From Batkoa obscura (lineage: Eukaryota), in contig JASVEC010000001.1 of assembly GCA_030770535.1 (NCBI GenBank), positions 992,001 through 1,056,000 on the forward strand: 64,000 bases of DNA. The letters are read 5' to 3'. The notes under the pieces were generated by a model that saw only the letters and a list, made by a program, of their open reading frames with translations, was not told the DNA's origin and searched no databases. The first letter of the stretch is position 1. Each line of letters begins with the position of its first letter. Positions 60,372 through 64,000 of the stretch are shown piece by piece. A program made the position numbers and the translations under genes.

Positions 60372-61880
60372 TTTGTATATTTATTATGATATAAATAGAA
60401 AAGTAATTTGATATGAGTAATAATTTTTATTAATATTTTCAATTGATAATGAATATTTGGTATTAAAATTTAATTCTTTCATTAAAATGGGTCATTCTAT
60501 TTTATATTGGAATTACTAAATTATACTACAATAAATTTTATTATAATGCTTGGTTAATTTATTATTAATAAGATTATTATTGTCTTTAATTGTTTTGGAG
60601 AAGTTTTATTATAGAAGTAAAAATAATATTCATGTGTTTTAATGCAGCAAAATATGGAGTTTCTATATAAAAGTTGATATTCTAATTTACTTAATTTACT
60701 TTTATATAGACGGTAGATTAATTTATAAATGATCGAGGGTTAAGGTAGTGATAATAGCATAGATATATAATCGAGATATAGTAAAAGTCGATTTATTTTT
60801 TATGATATATAATAGAAGTAGTAACAGCTTTAGAAAAGTAACTATTGAATTAGTCATGACAATATAGAATGGAGTTATCCGATAAGAAAATTAAGGATAA
60901 AAATAATACACTAGTAATAATTATTTTAAACATCTGAAGTTTCATTAATTGTTTATTATGTTTCAATCTTTTGTTTGAATTAGTTTTTAAAAAACATTAA
61001 TAATGATAAGAGGAAGTTTGTTAAAATAAAGGTTGATATCTTTAGTAGAGTAAAAGGTAAATCACAAAGGGAACAATAGGTAATCAAAGAGCTTTTAATT
61101 AAGGATTTAATAATTATAAATATGATAAAAGCTTGTATTTTACTAGTTATTGAAGTAAAAGTCTTATCTTATAGTGGAATAATATCAGTTATTACTTTAA
61201 CTCTTTATTCGGTTTTAATTAACGAAATAGATAACCAGCTTCAACTACTTAAGCCTACATTTAAAAAAATAGAAACAGCAGTTTTTTAGTGATGAAGAAT
61301 ACAATATATTTAAGATTGAAGCTAATAAATAAATCTAATTCCGATATTCTATTGCAATAAATAGTCCATCAAATTGTGTATCAAAAATTGTTTTGTTAAG
61401 TTTCTATTTTTAAAGTTATTTTTATTTCAAATGATTTTAAGAACATTAACTTATACTAATAATACTTTTTTATATAAATCATTAAACTAAATAATATAAA
61501 AACAAGAGTATAACAATCATAAATTGAGATCCAAGCATCGTTGAAATGACCGATCTCATTCTAAAAATAATGCTTGTTAACTTAATTCAATAACTTTTTA
61601 AGCTCAAGGATTTTTTTAAAAAATCGTAAATTAAAATTACCTAACTCTATTTTAATTGGATTAAATTGATTATAACCAATTAAATCAAAAATTAACGTCA
61701 TTTGACAAAATGAATAATAAACACTTTCAAAAGATGGAGTTAAATTCGTGTAGCATATGAAAAGTAAACCAAACATCTAAGTATATAAATGCAACTAAAA
61801 TCATAACGAATACTTTTTTAAATTATTTTATATCTTCATCCTTTTTTATTTCTCTTTAATTTAGAACAAGATATCTAACC

Positions 61881-63177
61881 ATGTCCTTATTAAAAAACAG
61901 TTTATTAAAACGTGCTTTACCTAGTATATTAAAACAAACTCAATGTTTTAATTCTACAATGAGTTTTAATTTAACAGAAGAACAAAAAGAGTATCAATCT
62001 TTAGCCCGTAAATTTACTGCTGATGAAATTATACCCAAAGCTGCACATCATGATCAAACTGGTGAATATCCCGTTGAAATCTTAAAGAAAGCTTGGGAAT
62101 TAGGCTTAATGAATACTCATATCCCCTCCGAATACGGTGGTTTAGGATTAGGTGTACTAGATGGTTGTATTATTACAGAAGAATTGGCTTTTGGATGTAC
62201 AGGTATTCAAACGGCTATTGAAGCTAATGGATTAGCTGAAGCACCTGTAATTTTAGCTGGTAATGATGCACAAAAAAAAAAATATTTAGGACGAATGACC
62301 GAAGAACCGTTAATGGCCGCTTATGGAGTAACAGAACCAGGAGCAGGTTCTGATGTTGCTGGATTAAAAACAAAAGCAGTAAAGAAAGGAAATGATTGGG
62401 TCATTAATGGTCAAAAAATGTGGATTACTAATGGCGGAAAAGCTAATTGGTATTTTGTTTTAGCTAGAACTGGAGATTCTAATACTCCTACTGGTAAAGC
62501 TTTTACTGGTTTTATCGTTGATGCTGATGCCCCTGGTATTTCTGTGGGTAGAAAAGAAATTAATATGGGTCAAAGAGCGTCCGATACTAGAGGTATTACT
62601 TTTGAAGATGTAGTTGTACCTGATGAAAATAGGTAATTATCATTTTATTTTATATTTATTATATTATCGTTTAAATTATATACTAAAAATAATGAATAGA
62701 TTAGGTGAAATTGGCCAAGGTTTTAAAATAGCCATGGGAGCCTTTGACACTACACGACCATTAGTTGCGTCTGGAGCTGTAGGATTAACCCGTCGAGCCT
62801 TAGAAGAAGCAACCAAATATGCCTTAGAAAGAAAAACGATGGGAACACCAATTATTAAACACCAAGCAGTAGCATTTATGTTAGCTGATATGGCCATGAA
62901 TTTAGAAGCATCTCGATTATTAGTGCATAAATCAGCATGGTTAAGAGATAATAAACAAAAGAATACACATTTAGCTTCTATGGCTAAAGCAATGGCCTCC
63001 GAAGCGGCTAACAAAGCTGCTGCTGATTGTGTCCAAATCTTTGGGGGTAATGGATTTAATACAGAATACCCAGCAGAGAAGTTGTTAAGAGATTCTAAAA
63101 TATTTATGATTTATGAAGGTACTTCCCAAATTCAAAGACTTATCATTTCACGTCATTTGGCGGAGACTTATCAATAA
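61881..63177 (+). CDS. ACADM: Medium-chain acyl-CoA dehydrogenase, mitochondrial; one intron 62633-62699
   Basis: [88 protein letters not shown]. Confidence 0.95.
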
Positions 63178-63546
63178 AGGAGAATATATATATATATTCT
63201 AATGGATTTTTTTTTAATAATATTGAGAAATTGTAGCTTCTTATAATTGTGTTATTGTACTTTAATTAACTGCTTATAGATTGATTGATTTTAATAATTG
63301 AGCTCATTTTAATAATTTTAGATAATACAAGAATTTAATATAAAATTATCTATCATCAAATATATGATTAGTACCGTTATAAATATTATAAATATTATAA
63401 AGTATTATACTATTATAATACTAATAAGTTGTAAAATTTAATAATAGTATATTAATTTTTAAATAATCCACCAGTAGTATCTTTAATAACTTAATTAAAT
63501 TGTCCAATTTTTTTATATTATAAAAAATGGATCAAATTCTTAAATT

Positions 63547-63640
63547 GGGGGGGTACTTTTTTTGTTTCATTACTTTTTCCACTTTTAAGCACTATTTGAG
63601 TAAAGCTATTAGTAAATTCTTAAACAAAAAATATATGCCC
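63547..63640 (+). mobile_element. MITE family A copy (degenerate)
   Basis: AATT direct repeat on both sides. Confidence 0.8.
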
Positions 63641-64000
63641 AATTAACTTTTCTACTTTTTACTTTTTTAATTCATCACCAAATAAGAATTGAAAAAAAGG
63701 AGAACTCAAATTCCAGTTTGTAAGTTATTATTTGGCTAATAAACAAGTTTATAATGAACTGAAATAAGCCAATTTTTAAGCTTTCAAATAAAATGATATA
63801 AAAAGAGTTAAGATATTCAAAATTTGATACTTTTTTCTATAAAATAGTGTCTATTTTCTGTTCAATTTGAGTAAAAGTTAAAAGGATTACAATAAACAAT
63901 TATGATAGATCAGTTTATTTTATATCTTAAATATGCTTATTATTTATTATTATTAAAATTGACACAGCTATCTCAGGTAAACTATTCTAGTAAATAAAAA

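Noticed and set aside
62614..62699. Apparent frameshift between two acyl-CoA dehydrogenase ORFs
   Set aside because: Explained by a GT-AG intron at 62633-62699
3129..63640. MITE family A as the target or partner of the mariner HTH protein (SETMAR/Made1-like pair)
   Set aside because: The target duplication is 4 bp (AAAT, AATT, ATAT), not the TA of mariner, and the TIRs are short and not mariner-like; nothing links them
3129..63640. Dispersed ~98 bp repeat as CRISPR, tRNA or SINE
   Set aside because: Eukaryotic context, irregular spacing, both orientations, TIRs and target duplications, no A/B boxes or cloverleaf

Overview
Very AT-rich eukaryotic DNA with many short (~45-60 bp) GT-AG introns. 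It looks like an early-diverging fungus; Zoopagomycota/Entomophthorales is my inference, not established from the sequence. The flanks carry housekeeping genes: a UPF0658-like membrane protein, EFG1, a tandem-PH protein, SEC3, GWT1, a Myb/SANT-like protein, PTC7, MED10 and a medium-chain acyl-CoA dehydrogenase. PSF2, a Rieske-domain protein and a Pho80/Pcl cyclin lie inside an accessory region at ~17-54 kb. That region holds three interleaved, duplicated gene families: (1) seven paralogs (one pseudogene) of a small secreted precursor with signal peptide, KR/RR site, Gly/Tyr/Phe-rich segment and a conserved Asn-rich two-repeat C-terminal domain; (2) three 12-exon cytochrome P450s, one with a premature stop, with identical tracts suggesting gene conversion; (3) four paralogs of an Asn/Tyr-rich, mostly acidic small protein, only one intact. 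A precursor / acidic gene / P450 cassette occurs twice. Also present: about 25 copies or fragments of a ~98 bp MITE with 4-bp AWWT target duplications (Sola-like), a nest of solo-LTR-like elements, and an apparently domesticated mariner HTH DNA-binding domain fused to a novel Asn/Met-rich repeat tail in place of the DDD catalytic domain. All calls were made by eye; no searches were run.
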